Counted from the stretch's first letter, positions 11,144 to 23,472 are shown. The stretch is DNA of 64,000 nt from Zootoca vivipara (GCF_963506605.1 NC_083276.1:111166001-111230000), one strand, 5' to 3'. Translations and numbers: made by a program. Notes: a model not told the origin generated them from the letters alone.

Positions 11144-12640
11144 AGCTTCATTAATGTGTGACCCCAAAATTCCAGATGCCCCCCAAATTGATGCCAGTGT
11201 TTTGTGCTAGTTTTGTGCCGCAAACCCCATGGTTTTCTGCCACCCCACAAACTGAGTAACTGACACTCAAACTGGGGTCACAGGTAAAGGGCCAAAAACC
11301 TGAAGCAGCTCGGACAGGGAATCCTTGGTGTGGCACAGAAGTCGGTATACCAAGAGGAATCCTGTACTGCCCCTATTGCCCAACTTCCAGGACATGGACT
11401 ACGCAAAGTGGGTCTCCCTAATAGGATGCCTGGTGATAACTAATGACTTCCTAAAAATCACTGCAACCTCGCTTCCCTGCCCACGTGCCCTGGGTTGCTG
11501 TGCGTAAGAGAAACCTGGTGGACAAGCAGCAGCAAGAACAGGCCCCTCTGCCATGTCCAACCAAGTCTCTGTTACACATGCCTGGTCAATTCCTCCATCC
11601 ACGATCAAGTCATGGATGGCAATGGTCTTGTGAATCATTTACCTAGCATTGCACAGCAGCACCTTAAGGTTATGTGGGGCACTCTTGTTGATACCTGTAT
11701 CCTTCTGTTCAGGACAAGACCCAGAGGCAGGGATAGTCTTCAGAGAGTGGCTAAACTTGCCTTCTCAGTAAATGACATGATCTGGTCCTAGCAGAACTCC
11801 TTCTCCTGCCTGTGATCATAGAGATTGCTGAGATTGGGTATCCGAATGCATCTCGTGCTGTGGAATGTGCCCAGGCGTTCTCTTGGCTGGGGCCCACTCC
11901 CAATTAAACAAGAACCTCAAGGTCCATTCAGCTGCCTTAGCTGTACCTGGTCAGTCAGTCAGGCCTTCAGCTGGTATTGAACAGTTGGGATGCTGTTGGG
12001 CTGCATTTTGGATTGCCTGCTGATGAAAGTGACCATGTGGTGATTGATAATATTATCATTTATCTGTTTTAAATCTGTTTTAAACCAGTTTTGGATTATA
12101 TAATCACCCAATCCGTCTATCTAGCTTTCTAGTTATCTTGCTATCTCTCATCCCAGTTCATCCCAGCAGTACTGGTTTGGAGTCAATCAGACAAGGTTGG
12201 GTTTTGGGGTGTCCCTATGACCCCTGGTCTACTCAGTTTGGGGGGGTTGGGCGGGAAGTGGGGTTTGCAACACAAAATGGCACAAAACCAGCACACCACT
12301 TGTGCACCAGTTTGGAACCAATTGGACAAGGTTGGTTTTGGGGCCCCTTACTTGTGACTCTGGTTTGAGTGTGAGTTGCTCATTTTGCAGGGCTGTGTAG
12401 AAAGTGGGGTTTGTGGCGCAAAATGGCACAAAACCAACACACCATGTTGGCACCAGTTTAGAGTCACTCGGACAAGGCTGGATTTTTTGGCATTAACTTG
12501 TGTCCCTAATTTGCTTTGTCAATTACTCGGTTGGGGGGGAGGCGAACCAAATGTGGGGTTCCTAGCACAGCATGGCACAAAACTTTAGCATCAGTTTGGG
12601 GGGGGAATCTGGAATTTTGGGGTCACATGTTAATGAAGCT
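11144..12640. mobile_element. ~1.5-kb TIR element with ~147-bp subterminal repeats and an internal L2 fragment
   Basis: TIR agcttcattaa..tgtgaccccaaaattccaga at both ends; gtgggg..tggcacaaaac repeats near 12258, 12404 and 12553; no TSD found. Confidence 0.7.
11290..11860 (-). pseudogene. L2-clade ORF2 N-terminus / AP-endonuclease fragment
   Basis: LKVLLCNAR*MIHKT..IHDLIVD..DQACVTETWLD..PPGFSYAQQPR..G.EVAVIFR, typical LINE endonuclease motifs with an internal stop. Confidence 0.8.
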
Positions 12641-13789
12641 TTGCCACACCTGAGCCCTGTCCAGGGTTACCTGTAGTGATGCTGGTGGTAGGACTCAGTG
12701 GCTCTTGCCCACCACAAGGACTACTACCGGTACAGCTCAATAGTATATGATGAGGTTTAATTGCATGAGATCATAATAAGTTGCACACAATACATTGATG
12801 TGCATGAGAGTATCCATTGTATATGTGGACAACAGAGGTGTGGCAGTGAAGGAAGAGAGGATCAGGATGGAATATACTACTCTATAGCACTATGCATAGC
12901 GAACGCCCAAGTAAACAAAAGTTCAGACTTTGAGAAAGCTTTAGCAACCACTTTATTTCTCTCGTGGGTCCTCTGTATGCCAAGCATGTAGTGGTAGGTT
13001 TATTTTTTTATGTTCTTTTAGCCTTGCACATTTTTGTATGGAGAAGTGTAGTAAATTGAGTGTCTGACAGCTCTTGAAATCCGTGTTCTGTTGCTTTTCA
13101 GGTTGAATACATTCTGGAATCAATGAAAGAAAATGTACAATTTTTATACATGTTTAATATATTTCTACAAGAAAAGGTCAAATGAAGTGGAACATTTCAT
13201 TTTCAGTGATCTTGTGCTTGTGGTGGCAGACAGGAATTATGATGATCAGATGAAACTGCTAGGCAGAGATATTCTAGTAGGGATTCTTATGCTTAGATGC
13301 TATGTTAAAAATGACCGAACAATACCTGGAAAGAGGGGTCTACATAAGCTCCACAAATGCCTTATTTAATGCTTGGAAAACACCCGGCCCCTGGGGGCTT
13401 TATAATAAAAAAGTTGGCTTAATGTGAGTTAGATCCAGGAATTGTTTTTAGTCCTTACCCTCCATTGCAAACAGAGGGTCAACATGAGAGCTTTAGTAGA
13501 CTATTGGTAGGCTGTTGACGGTTGAGGTTGGACACAATGCAACAGGGGGCAGGACTTCAGGGATTGAATGATGGGCAGTTTAGGGATTGAACAGCATTAA
13601 AATTCCACAGGTTGGTTCCCAAGGTATAAAGTTGTGAACCAGAGATTTATGAAATGGAATGGGGAAATATATCTATCTAAGGTCAAACAGTAACAGTAAC
13701 TAAATCCACAATCCAATTATTTCACAGTAGCTCTGCTGATTACGACAGGAGTTGCAAGTTTCCTGTAATTGGGCAAGACAAGAGGGGGT

Positions 13790-13900
13790 TATCGTTTTGT
13801 TTGCTGTTATGCTGTGCATTTTTATGGTTTTTATATTGTAAACTACCCTGTGATGCTCAGATGAAGGGTGGTATATAGATTTAATAAATAGAATAAAAAT
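13790..13900 (+). mobile_element. Degenerate L2-type 3' end
   Basis: tgtaaactaccctgtgatg..gatgaagggtggtatatagatttaataaata. Confidence 0.55.
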
Positions 13901-14171
13901 AAATAGGAGGCTATAGCTCTGCAGTAAAATGTATTGTGTGCAGAAGGTTCAATTATTGGCATGCAAACATGCAATTATTGGCATGCAAACACTGAAGGTT
14001 ACAGGTCTGGGAGTTTTGCAGGGGCTTACCTTTGCAACCCCACATCTCCCCACACCCACACATACCTAATTGCAAGGTATTCGAACCACTCTCATGAGAT
14101 CCTTTGCAATGGTTCTAGTTCATGTCCCTGCAGCAGGCAACAGTGCTCGTGTCCTTGCTTGGGGCCCATTG

Positions 14172-14261
14172 CATAGCTGCCAAGTTTTCCCTTTTCTCGC
14201 GAGGAAGCCTATTCAGCATAAGGGAAAATCCCTTTAAAAAAGGGATAACTTGGCAGCTATG
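14172..14261. mobile_element. 90-bp hAT MITE
   Basis: TIR catagctgccaagtt / aacttggcagctatg; 8-bp TSD gcccattg. Confidence 0.93.
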
Positions 14262-14318
14262 GCCCATTGGAGCAATTTTTGGCAAATTCTGCAGTCGAAC
14301 TGCAAGGGACAACTACGG

Positions 14319-14664
14319 CATAGCTGCCAAGTCTCCCATTTTCCCCGGGAAATCCCCATTTTTCCAGCTGTTCCTAGCTGAAAAAAACGGATTTTTTTGT
14401 TTTTTCCCGGTTTATTCTGGCGTGGCGGCCATTTTGGAACTGGGCGGAGCATGCTCAGAAGCGACTTTTGATGCCGCTCTGCCCAGTTCCAAAATGGCTG
14501 CAGTGCGACTTCTGGCGCGGCGGCCATTTTGGAACTGGGCAAAGCAGCATCAAAAGTCACTTCTGAGCATGCTCCGTCCAGTTCCAAAATGGCGGCAGCG
14601 CTACTTCCGGTCTGCTATTTCCGGCCCGGTCCCTTATTTCTCTGACAGCAACTTGGCAGGTATG
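14319..14664. mobile_element. 346-bp hAT MITE with nested internal palindromes
   Basis: TIR catagctgccaagt / acttggcaggtatg; TSD aactacgg; sister copy at 41494. Confidence 0.93.
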
Positions 14665-15622
14665 AACTACGGTGAGGCTGTTGCCGTGTCATAGGGGTCC
14701 AATTCTCTAAGCTCAATGGAGCTTTCAAGGAAGGGGAACTACACAGATACCCCCACATCCTGAGAACTCTTCGATACAGTGACAAGCTTCATGACGACAC
14801 CTTTTTCTATAAAGTTCCATGGTGCCACTCAGTGGGAAGACTTTGTGGTGCTCCCCTGATGGATCCAAAGGGTCTTCAACAGGAGTGAAAGATCTTAAAA
14901 TCAGGCTGTAGGGGCTGAGCAGATCTTGCCACTATTGGTAGAAAAGAATGGGAGTAGGGGAAGAGGACGAGGTGTTGAGGGGCATGTGGGGAAGAGGGGT
15001 GATGGCACAAGGAGAAAGGAGACCTTTCCTTAAAAAGGGAAAAGACTGGATTTTGTATAGCATGGAGTTCAGTGCTTCTTTTTCTGCACATCCTTCAAGT
15101 TTTGTGTGAGCTCTGAACAAGATCTGAGCAACCCCTAGAAGTGCCTCAGCATCACAACTTTCAATGTGATATTCGTTTCTAGATGAGGAGTGTTAGCCGA
15201 GGTCATGCTTAAGTGAGCAGCACTTGCACGCCTAAATTTTTATCTTCTAAAAAACGCTACTGCATTAAACAGACGGTTTTCAAGGAACAAAGTAATAATA
15301 ATTTTAAAATGTCTACAGAAGAAAAAGTACAGCGATTAATCAGAGTTAGACAGGTGCAGCAACTCCGGAGATCAATATTGCTTCAATTTTCCACAGCTGA
15401 TCAGTATTTTCAATCATTTGTGGGATGAAAAGCTTTTTTCTTTTCTTTCCCTTTCTTCTTAAATTTCAGGTGGGTACCAGGAAGAAACAGACCTCAAGTT
15501 TGCTGCATTTCTTCTCCATCATGCAAGTCTACCTTATCACTTTGAAGATATCTGATTACCCCCACCTTGAGTCATACCCTAAAATAGAAAGGTGCCCTCA
15601 AGAATGGCAGATGCCCAACAGG

Positions 15623-15837
15623 TAGGGTTGCCAGACTCAATAGAGGACAGGACTTCTGTGCCTTTAATTGCCCTGCTCTCTTTTGAGTCTGGAAACCTTA
15701 AAGAGAAACCAGCAGACCCTTTGTTTAATTTCCAAGCAAAGGGTCTGCTGGTTTCTCTTTAAGGTTTCCAGACTCAAAAGAGAACAGGGCGATTAAAGGC
15801 ACAGAAGTCCTGTCCCCCATTGAGTCTGGCAACCCTA
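15623..15837. mobile_element. 215-bp near-perfect foldback hAT (Tip100-like) MITE
   Basis: tagggttgccagactcaat...attgagtctggcaacccta with ~100-bp arms; TSD ccaacagg. Confidence 0.93.
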
Positions 15838-16769
15838 CCAACAGGCAAATATTACTTCATTTTATTTAACAAAACTTGAATGCCATCTGATTGTAAGGAA
15901 GCATCTAAGCAATTTACAAAAATACGGTATAAGAACAATTATATATATATATATAAAAACAGTTAAAAACAAACTATCTCAAAACCAAACCCTATTGCTC
16001 ATCTTAAATCCAGCCCTATATAGCTCTCTTTCTCAGAAACTGTTCCTTTTATTCTCCCTCCCAAATTGCTGTTCCTCCTCACTCTGTGACGAGCTAACTT
16101 TGTAACCAATCAGAGAGAGGTTCCAGCCACTCTGGTGGAATTTCAGGGGGACTGCGTTCGCCAGACTCTGGTCTGGTTCTGCTGTCGGTCACAGCTCCCC
16201 TCCCCACTTTTCATGTTATTTTCTTTTAGCCGAAAGTTTTGATTACAAAGTGCACTCACAATTTCTGTTGGAATGTCTCTTCAAGAGAATGTAGTTGGTT
16301 GCTAAATTCTTGTGATTAAAACAGCAAAGTTTAGATGTTTTTTTTCAATTTCAGGTCAAAGTTTTCCTATTGCCTTTTTGCTGTGAATATCCTACCATGG
16401 CAAATGAGACCTGTAAGTTGTGGAGGGTAAGTGTACTCACATGAATACAAATAAAAACTGCTCAGGATTTTTTCTTTCCCTTTTTATGTAATATGCACTA
16501 TATTTAGGGCATAACCTTCACAAGTGCTCTTATCTGTAGAGAAGCACATCAACTAGATCTAAATTAAAATCAAAACAAAGACTTCCCTTGGCATCCATTC
16601 TAAGATGACAAAGAGATAGAAGGAACACGCACACATTGTTCCCCCACTCCCCTGAAAATAAATGTAACCATGATCACCCCATCAGCTGTAACTTATTTTC
16701 TGCGAAAGGCCCACATATTGCAATTGAGCAAGATGTGACCATTTTCAGGCTCGCGGAAAGTGAGCTTTT

Positions 16770-17078
16770 GGCAATAATGTGTTTGCTAAGAGTCCCACAA
16801 ACCTGATCAGGAGAGCTTTAAACTAAATCCTGAGGGAGAGGGAGACAATATTACAGATGACAGGAGAACACCTGTCATCTGTAAAAAAAATAGTTTCATA
16901 GATGCACAGGAAACTGAGAAGGCACTCAAGAAACCTGCGAAAGGGTAGGAAACTACAAGAAGGAAGCAACTGGAGGGAATGACTCATGGCTTCAGTTGTC
17001 TCTGTACTAATTCACGTAGTATGGGAAACAAGCAAGACAAATTTGAGCTCTTAATACAGGAGGGCAATTCTGACCTAA
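16770..17078 (+). pseudogene. CR1 LINE fragment spanning the ORF1 end and ORF2 start
   Basis: NVFAK..TNLIRRALN* followed by CLCTNSRSMGNKQDKFELLIQEGNSDL (CR1-type CLYTNARSMGNKQ motif). Confidence 0.8.
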
Positions 17079-18854
17079 GACCCAAACTGCATGGTCTGCT
17101 AATACAGATATATATTGCTTTATTTCTGCAGCCCAGATTTATCTCCCTCATTCTCAGTCATTCCCTGGTCAGCCACTCAACTTATACTGCCCTTTAACAT
17201 ATGCACACCATGAAGAAAGGTGGCTCCCCCCCCAGAATTCTCAAAGCATAAGCAAATAAACAAAACAATTGCCTCTCAAAAAGCCCTATAGCCAAAGTCT
17301 GCAGCCTTCTACTTTCTTGTAGCTATTAGGAGATGATAGCAAAATTCCTGAAGCTACAACTATTTGAGGAATGAGTAGTAAGGTGGTTCTGTGAGGAAAT
17401 ATGAATGACAGGAAAACCGAATATTTAGCTCGACCTCTGTGCATCCTGTTTTTTAAATGGAACTACTGGTATAGCTAGTTTTTATCCCTAGTTTTTTTTA
17501 TTCTTCTGTTGATGGATTGTATCCATACAATGATTGCCGAGAGGAGGAGGAGGAGCAATCTATGTGGGCTGCTCCAAACAAGGAAGCTTAATTCCTATTG
17601 GGATTTGCCAATATCTAACTCTACTCAGTTTCCTAAAGGACACCAAGACCTTTGTATCTGAATTGGTGTTCTGTGGCTGGAATGTAAGCACTGCCTGATT
17701 CTTTAGAAATCAGCAGCCTGTGCTAACGATTACTTTACATTTCAGTGCTTATTTATAGACATTACAGACTTACGGAGATAATACATCTTTGATTAAATGG
17801 AAAGAAATAGGAATTGCATGTTACTGTGGAATTAAAGATGGAATAATTAACTTGTAAAATTAAACTTCATGGGAATTTAAACCTTTCTGTAATTCCACTG
17901 CTAAACCATTTCCAAGGCTTTAATTCTTCAATCTGAAATCATGTAAGCTTGAACACAAAATTCAGGCTAAAGGGTCATGGAGATGTTCTCACCTTTACAA
18001 GAAAGTCTTGTTAAGGAGACCCACATGGCATTATGAGAACACAACAGAGACATACTATCTTGGATATCCCTTAAAATAAAGGCTGTCTGGCAACCTTGCT
18101 GTCAAAACACATGTGTTTTGGAATTGGAGAATGGAATGGAGTCAACTGACATTGCACAGGCATTCTTAGCTTGTTCCATTCAGCAGCTTACTTGTGTGCC
18201 AAGTTCACAACCTTAATTTATTAGCTTTCTACAACTGAGTGGTGTCCTACAGCAAATGCATGTTTCTGCAGAACACCGAGCTCTGCTTATGCTTCAGCAC
18301 ACAGACATGCACATTCAAAACGACATCATGGTGAGTTAATCTTATTCCCTTTAGGTTCCACCAGAACAGTTGGGTCCTGTACTCAGAGCACTCAAAGGAC
18401 AAAATCCTCAGCTGTCTGCTTATACAGAAAGCACTGGAGCTAAGCTGATTGACACCACAGAATGGTTTGGCTCTCCATCTCCAGATGGGTACCACTTTTT
18501 TTTAAAAAAAAACGTTTGTTCTTCCCTCACTGTGAACAGAAGGGGCAAAATTTTACAAAGCTTACTCACATGGCTAGCAAGCGTACATCTGTAGTTTGGA
18601 TAAAATATAGAAAGAAGATGAAGGTGATTGGCATTAAGAGCTCACCCACCAAATCTGCTATCAGAAAGAACTTGGCCAAGTTTACTTGGGGAGTTAAGCT
18701 AAGGCGATTGGGACAAAATGAGTAAGGGTGTTGTGTATGTAAATTACTAAAATTAGGAGGAGATCTTACACCCCCTGCACCTGTGCCTTTCACCCTTGGG
18801 CCTTAGATGATATTGGGCCACAACTCCCACCACCCCTGACCATTGGCTAGGACT

Positions 18855-19216
18855 CAGGGGTCGGCAAAGTTTTTGTGGTTTGGGCCGGTTCATGGTCCCA
18901 CAGACGCCGCGGTGGGCCAGAGTGTGTGTGCGTGTGCACACACACGCATGCACAAATGCTAATTCCAGTGCTCCTTCCGGTGCGGAGGAGGCGTGCACAG
19001 CTTCCATTGGCTTCAGGAGCTTCTTGCAGCCAATGGGAAACCAGCCAGCATTGTGGAAGGCGGTCCCCGCTCTGCTCCGCGCTGGTTTAGCGCGGCACAC
19101 AGGAGCCGACTGCACAGGCAGCGGGAGTCCCCGAGTGGGCAGCAGGGGTCCAGGGCCGGTTAAATGACCCCCCATGGGCCACTTGTGACCCATGGGCCTT
19201 AGGTTGCTGACCCCTG
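18855..19216. mobile_element. hAT (Charlie-like) non-autonomous element nested in an older palindromic MITE
   Basis: TIR caggggtcggcaa / ttgctgacccctg; imperfect flanking duplication ggctagg. Confidence 0.8.
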
Positions 19217-19331
19217 GGCTAGGTTATTTGGGGTTTGTGGGAATAGCAGTCCAATATCTGGGAATCCAAAGTTGAAGGACATTGCTCCACACAATATGCA
19301 GCATGCCGCATCCACAATCAGAAGCTGGTCC

Positions 19332-19402
19332 AATCATAGAATTGTAGAGTTGGAAGGGGACACCAATGGTCTTCTAGTCCAAACCCCTGCAATGCAGGAA
19401 TC
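19332..19402 (-). mobile_element. CR1 3' end fragment
   Basis: atcatagaattgtagagttggaaggg..cc; similar pieces at ~1635-1697 and ~63022-63058. Confidence 0.7.
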
Positions 19403-20071
19403 TCAACTCTGGTCTGAAACCCTAGAGAGCTACTGCCAGTCAGTGTTGCCTAGACTGAGCTAGGCAGACTAGTTGTCTAGCTTGATAGAAGACAGCTTCC
19501 TATATGCTAGCTGGCAAAATGGTAAACCTCAATGCTGTATAAAACGACTATGATGAATGATTGTTCCAAGAGGCAATAAAGCTTTATAATTAACTCCCAA
19601 TGGATGAATGAGAGTCGGAATTATAAAGCCAAATAATTGCTATCCGACCACACAAATTACATTCTATTAAAATGCAATATTGTGTTGCGGCATAAAGATA
19701 AAGTTGGTTAATTAAACTATTGGTTGAGATAATCTCGCTGGCCTTTTTTGGGTGCCCAGAGCTTACCAGTGTCATCAGTGATCCACAGAAGGTTACCGAC
19801 AAAGGTTTCATGTTAAATGGAATATTTCAACATGTACACTGCAGAAGCTTTCCATTGCAAATTGTGCTTCATGCAATTACAGTGCGGATCGTTTCAGTTT
19901 TTAATGGAAATGCAGCCTCCTTCATGCATCACTGCTCCCACAGAGCCTTCTTCACTATGGAATACCTTGCAGATACGTAGAGGTGGGGCAAAGCAATGTC
20001 CCCAATTCTAAGGCCAGGAGTTTACCCCCACCCCCATTGAAGGAGGCTCTCTTGCCTACGAAGTCTACTGC

Positions 20072-20682
20072 TGTCAGGGACTGGGCAGAGGAGGAATGCT
20101 GATGACCACCTCCCCATCCCAACCCTTCCAGGAAGGAGGAAGAGGAAGACAGTATAGATTTACAACAGGGGTTTGAGGGAAGTAGCAGCTCAGAGGCAGA
20201 TGAGGGGGAAAGCTGGGAAATCATGGGAGAGTCAGAGCTACACTTGGCTGACATCTCCCAGAACCTGGCGAGCCTTAAAAGCAGGAGAGCAAAAAGCTCA
20301 GAAACAGAGGGCACTTAGTGGCATCCGTAGAGGAGACAATGAGAATGACGAATGAGGAAGTGGGAAAGATGGAGTGGGGTAGGGTGGAGATTCACTTGGG
20401 TCAACGCCATTATCCAAGAGCAGGCATAGGCAAACCTGGCCCTCCAGATGTTTTGGGACTACAACTCCCATCATCCCTGACCACTGGTCCTGTTAGCTAG
20501 GGATGACGGGAGTGGGAGTCCCAAAACATCTGGAGGGCTGAGTTTGTCTATGCCTGTCCAAGAGGCTTGGTTCTATAGTCTCTCGCTGTAAAGACTGAAA
20601 TAAAAAAGGATTGTTAGAAACCTTTCCTTGTCTTTATACTTTTCTGGGCAACCAGCCGGGAGCCACTGACCGTATCCTGACA
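20072..20682 (+). mobile_element. Solo LTR (Gypsy-like), copy 1
   Basis: TGTCA...TGACA ends; 5-bp TSD actgc; AATAAA near 20599; contains a nested hAT MITE. Confidence 0.85.
20421..20556. mobile_element. 136-bp palindromic hAT MITE (variant subfamily)
   Basis: caggcatagg...ctatgcctg; TSD tccaagag. Confidence 0.92.
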
Positions 20683-21809
20683 ACTGCAGACTATCTTTAT
20701 AAGAAAGGAGGTTGCCCACAGCATCCCTAGTTAGCCTTTTATACTGAATATGCACTTCAGAGCAAACAAAGCCCTTTCAAACTACTGTAGTTCAAAATGT
20801 CAAGTGAAACCTCTGACATTCTCCCAATCAAGATTTCAGCATCATGATTTGATATTGATGCATTTTTTCACCCTCAAAGGCAACTCTCATTAATGTAAAT
20901 GAAAGTATTTTTCCTCATTTGTTTGAATGGCAGTTAGTGTCAAAACAGAAATTTGTCAGAATCTATTTTACCTTGTAATGAGATTTGCAATGCTATATTT
21001 GCTGCATAACCAGGGACATTATGAAAATTAACGACTGCACCTGCTCGATAGTTAATATTTACTTGTGCAAGAAAAGATCTGCTTCATGTCAGATGTCTTT
21101 CCAGAAAGACCTACGGTTTGCACTGTATTAAGGACAGCCACCTTGCAATGCCCACCTAGTTATTTGTGTTAATTAGCTCTACCTTAAGTTATTTTATTTT
21201 TTTTAAAGAAAGGGCTGAAATTGGGTCCCCAATGTGTTTTGTGGAAACTCTAAGACTTAAGCTTAATGGATTTCAAACATTCTTTTTGTTCAACAGTGTG
21301 CATCACTGCTGATACCATGTAATACCAAATTTTAGTCTATTGAGGGCAGAAACTGCAGAGAAGTTTAAACCTCACAAAAAGGAAATGAAAATCTAGTTAA
21401 GCAAAGGAGACACCAACTCAACCTTAACTCTAATAATGCTTCTAAAATAAACAGTTGCATTTTGATGCTAATGAATCCTTTTTTAAAATGAGATGTCACT
21501 AAGCAGATGTTAAATCTCTGGAATATCAGAGCTGGGAGAAGGATTGTTTTTTGGTGTGTTTTTTAAAAGACATTTTTAATCCTGAACCATGGTTACTCGC
21601 TGAACACAGAAGATTATACAGAATTTCTAAATAAATACATCTAATCCCCAAAGTCGCTGAAGTTTGCAACACAGTACAACCTTATTAAAGCTTCAGAAAC
21701 AAACTTCTGCCCACACTTTTAGCAATAATCAGAGAGAAGGCCAAATTCCTTGTGGAGGTGGTCTTTCATTCCTGAAGTTTGAAGAACTGTGGCATTGGAC
21801 CGGGTAATT

Positions 21810-22070
21810 ATAGAACCACAGAGTTGGAATGGAGCTCAAAAATAATCGAGCACAACCAATACACTGTTATGCCATCCCTGATACGTGACCACCCAGCCTC
21901 TGCTTAAAAAACTTTTAATGAAGGTGTCTATTCTTCCACTGAAGAGCTCATACTGCTTCCTAATGTTTAGACAAAATTCCCTGTCTTGTAATTTGAAGCA
22001 GTTGACTTACCCTCCAGAGCAATAGAAAACAAATTTGTTCCATTCTCTATGTGACAACCCTTCAAATATC
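21810..22070 (-). mobile_element. CR1 3' fragment
   Basis: tagaaccacagagttggaa...cagcctctgcttaaa...tgacaacccttcaaatat; boundaries approximate. Confidence 0.65.
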
Positions 22071-22719
22071 ATATTAACTGAATGGTCCAAAGTAGGGAAG
22101 GAATTTTCTGCATAGATTTCCTCCCTAATTCTCATCTCGCTTATTGATCTTAAAAAGAAATGAGGTTTCAAAAAATTGGTTAGATGCAAACAATTCTCAC
22201 TTGTTATGGGGTAAGATGGTGCGTGGGCCCTCACCTTGCACTTGTACCTGTGCATTTTTTAAAATTTGCAGTTTGTTCTGTGCTCCCTCTGCTTTAATTT
22301 GGGTTCTGTGTTCCTAGCTGTCTTGTATCAAATGAAGATCCATGTCATCCATTCCTTATGATGGGGAATCTAAAAGATGGTCCCATTTTGGCAAAAGTGG
22401 ATGAAATTTGCAAACACAAAATCCCTCCAGAGTGGATTAAGCCTGCCAAATTTCAGTTCAGGGGTTTTCACACATTTGATGTTTTTTAAAAAACTGTTTT
22501 TGGTTTTGAATAAGGAAAAGTCTATAATCTTTTTGTTTTCTTCCAGAATCGGATGCAATTTTCAGGCATGGTGATAATAGCTGCTGTGGTTTTCCTGTAA
22601 GGGCAGACTTTCCTGTTTTAGGGTGGATACAATATGAATCATAGGGGGTGGTTGGGGTTCAAAAAGAGCCTAGGTCCCAAGGAAAGGCTGGGCCAGGGAA
22701 AATTTCACACACATCCCAG

Positions 22720-22895
22720 CTTACTCCAAGGATTGCTGGTGGGGCATGAGGTTCTGTTCCCCTTCCCTTAGATTGAGGATATGGCGGAGATCTCTGTTTA
22801 CTTGCAACTCCATCAATACAAAACAGCCTGAACTTGCCACCCACCAACCTGACCTTCATCTGGTATGGATTATGTTTCAGTTTGTTGGCCTTCAC
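22720..22895 (-). pseudogene. Degenerate L2 ORF2 fragment
   Basis: KANKLKHNPYQMKVRLVGG..IDGVA..ILGV resembles the L2 post-RT motif N.LKLNP.KTE. Confidence 0.6.
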
Positions 22896-22896
22896 T

Positions 22897-23083
22897 TAGG
22901 GTTTGCCCATACTTCTGCTTGTCCCACCACTTTCCCCCAGAAAACCTGCTGTTTACTGTGGAATCAGAACAAACATCAACCAGTTTTTTCTGTGGATTGA
23001 TGTTTGTTCCAATTCAGTGGTAAACGGTGAGTTTTCCCAGTGAAAGTGGCAGGACAAACGAAAAACTGCTTGGACCCATTCCT
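22897..23083. mobile_element. Palindromic MITE
   Basis: Arms ttgtcccaccactttc..gaacaaacatcaa / ttgatgtttgttc..gaaagtggcaggacaa. Confidence 0.7.
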
Positions 23084-23396
23084 AGAAAGCAGAAAACCTA
23101 TTGGACCCATGCTTTCTAGGCTTGGGACAAGAGAAAGTGTGGATGAACCCTTTGCCACCATCTATACTCCAGGCACAAGTTCAGCACTTTTATATCCTTG
23201 TCCGAATCTGATGAAAAGGAGAAGAAAGACTGAGTATAATCTGCATATTGATGACACATAATATAATAAGATAATATCTGGAGGTCCTCACTTAGAAATT
23301 CCATGGAGATTGTAGATAGAATGGAGAACAAAATAAAAGCCTCTGATATGCCACAGCATAAAAGCTGTGGAGCAGAGCCATAATCTTCCCAAACTT

Positions 23397-23424
23397 AATA
23401 ATAATAATAGTAATAATAGTAATA

Positions 23425-23472
<48 letters not shown>

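Noticed and set aside
14122-14694. 190-aa ORF
   Set aside because: Stitched from two palindromic MITEs
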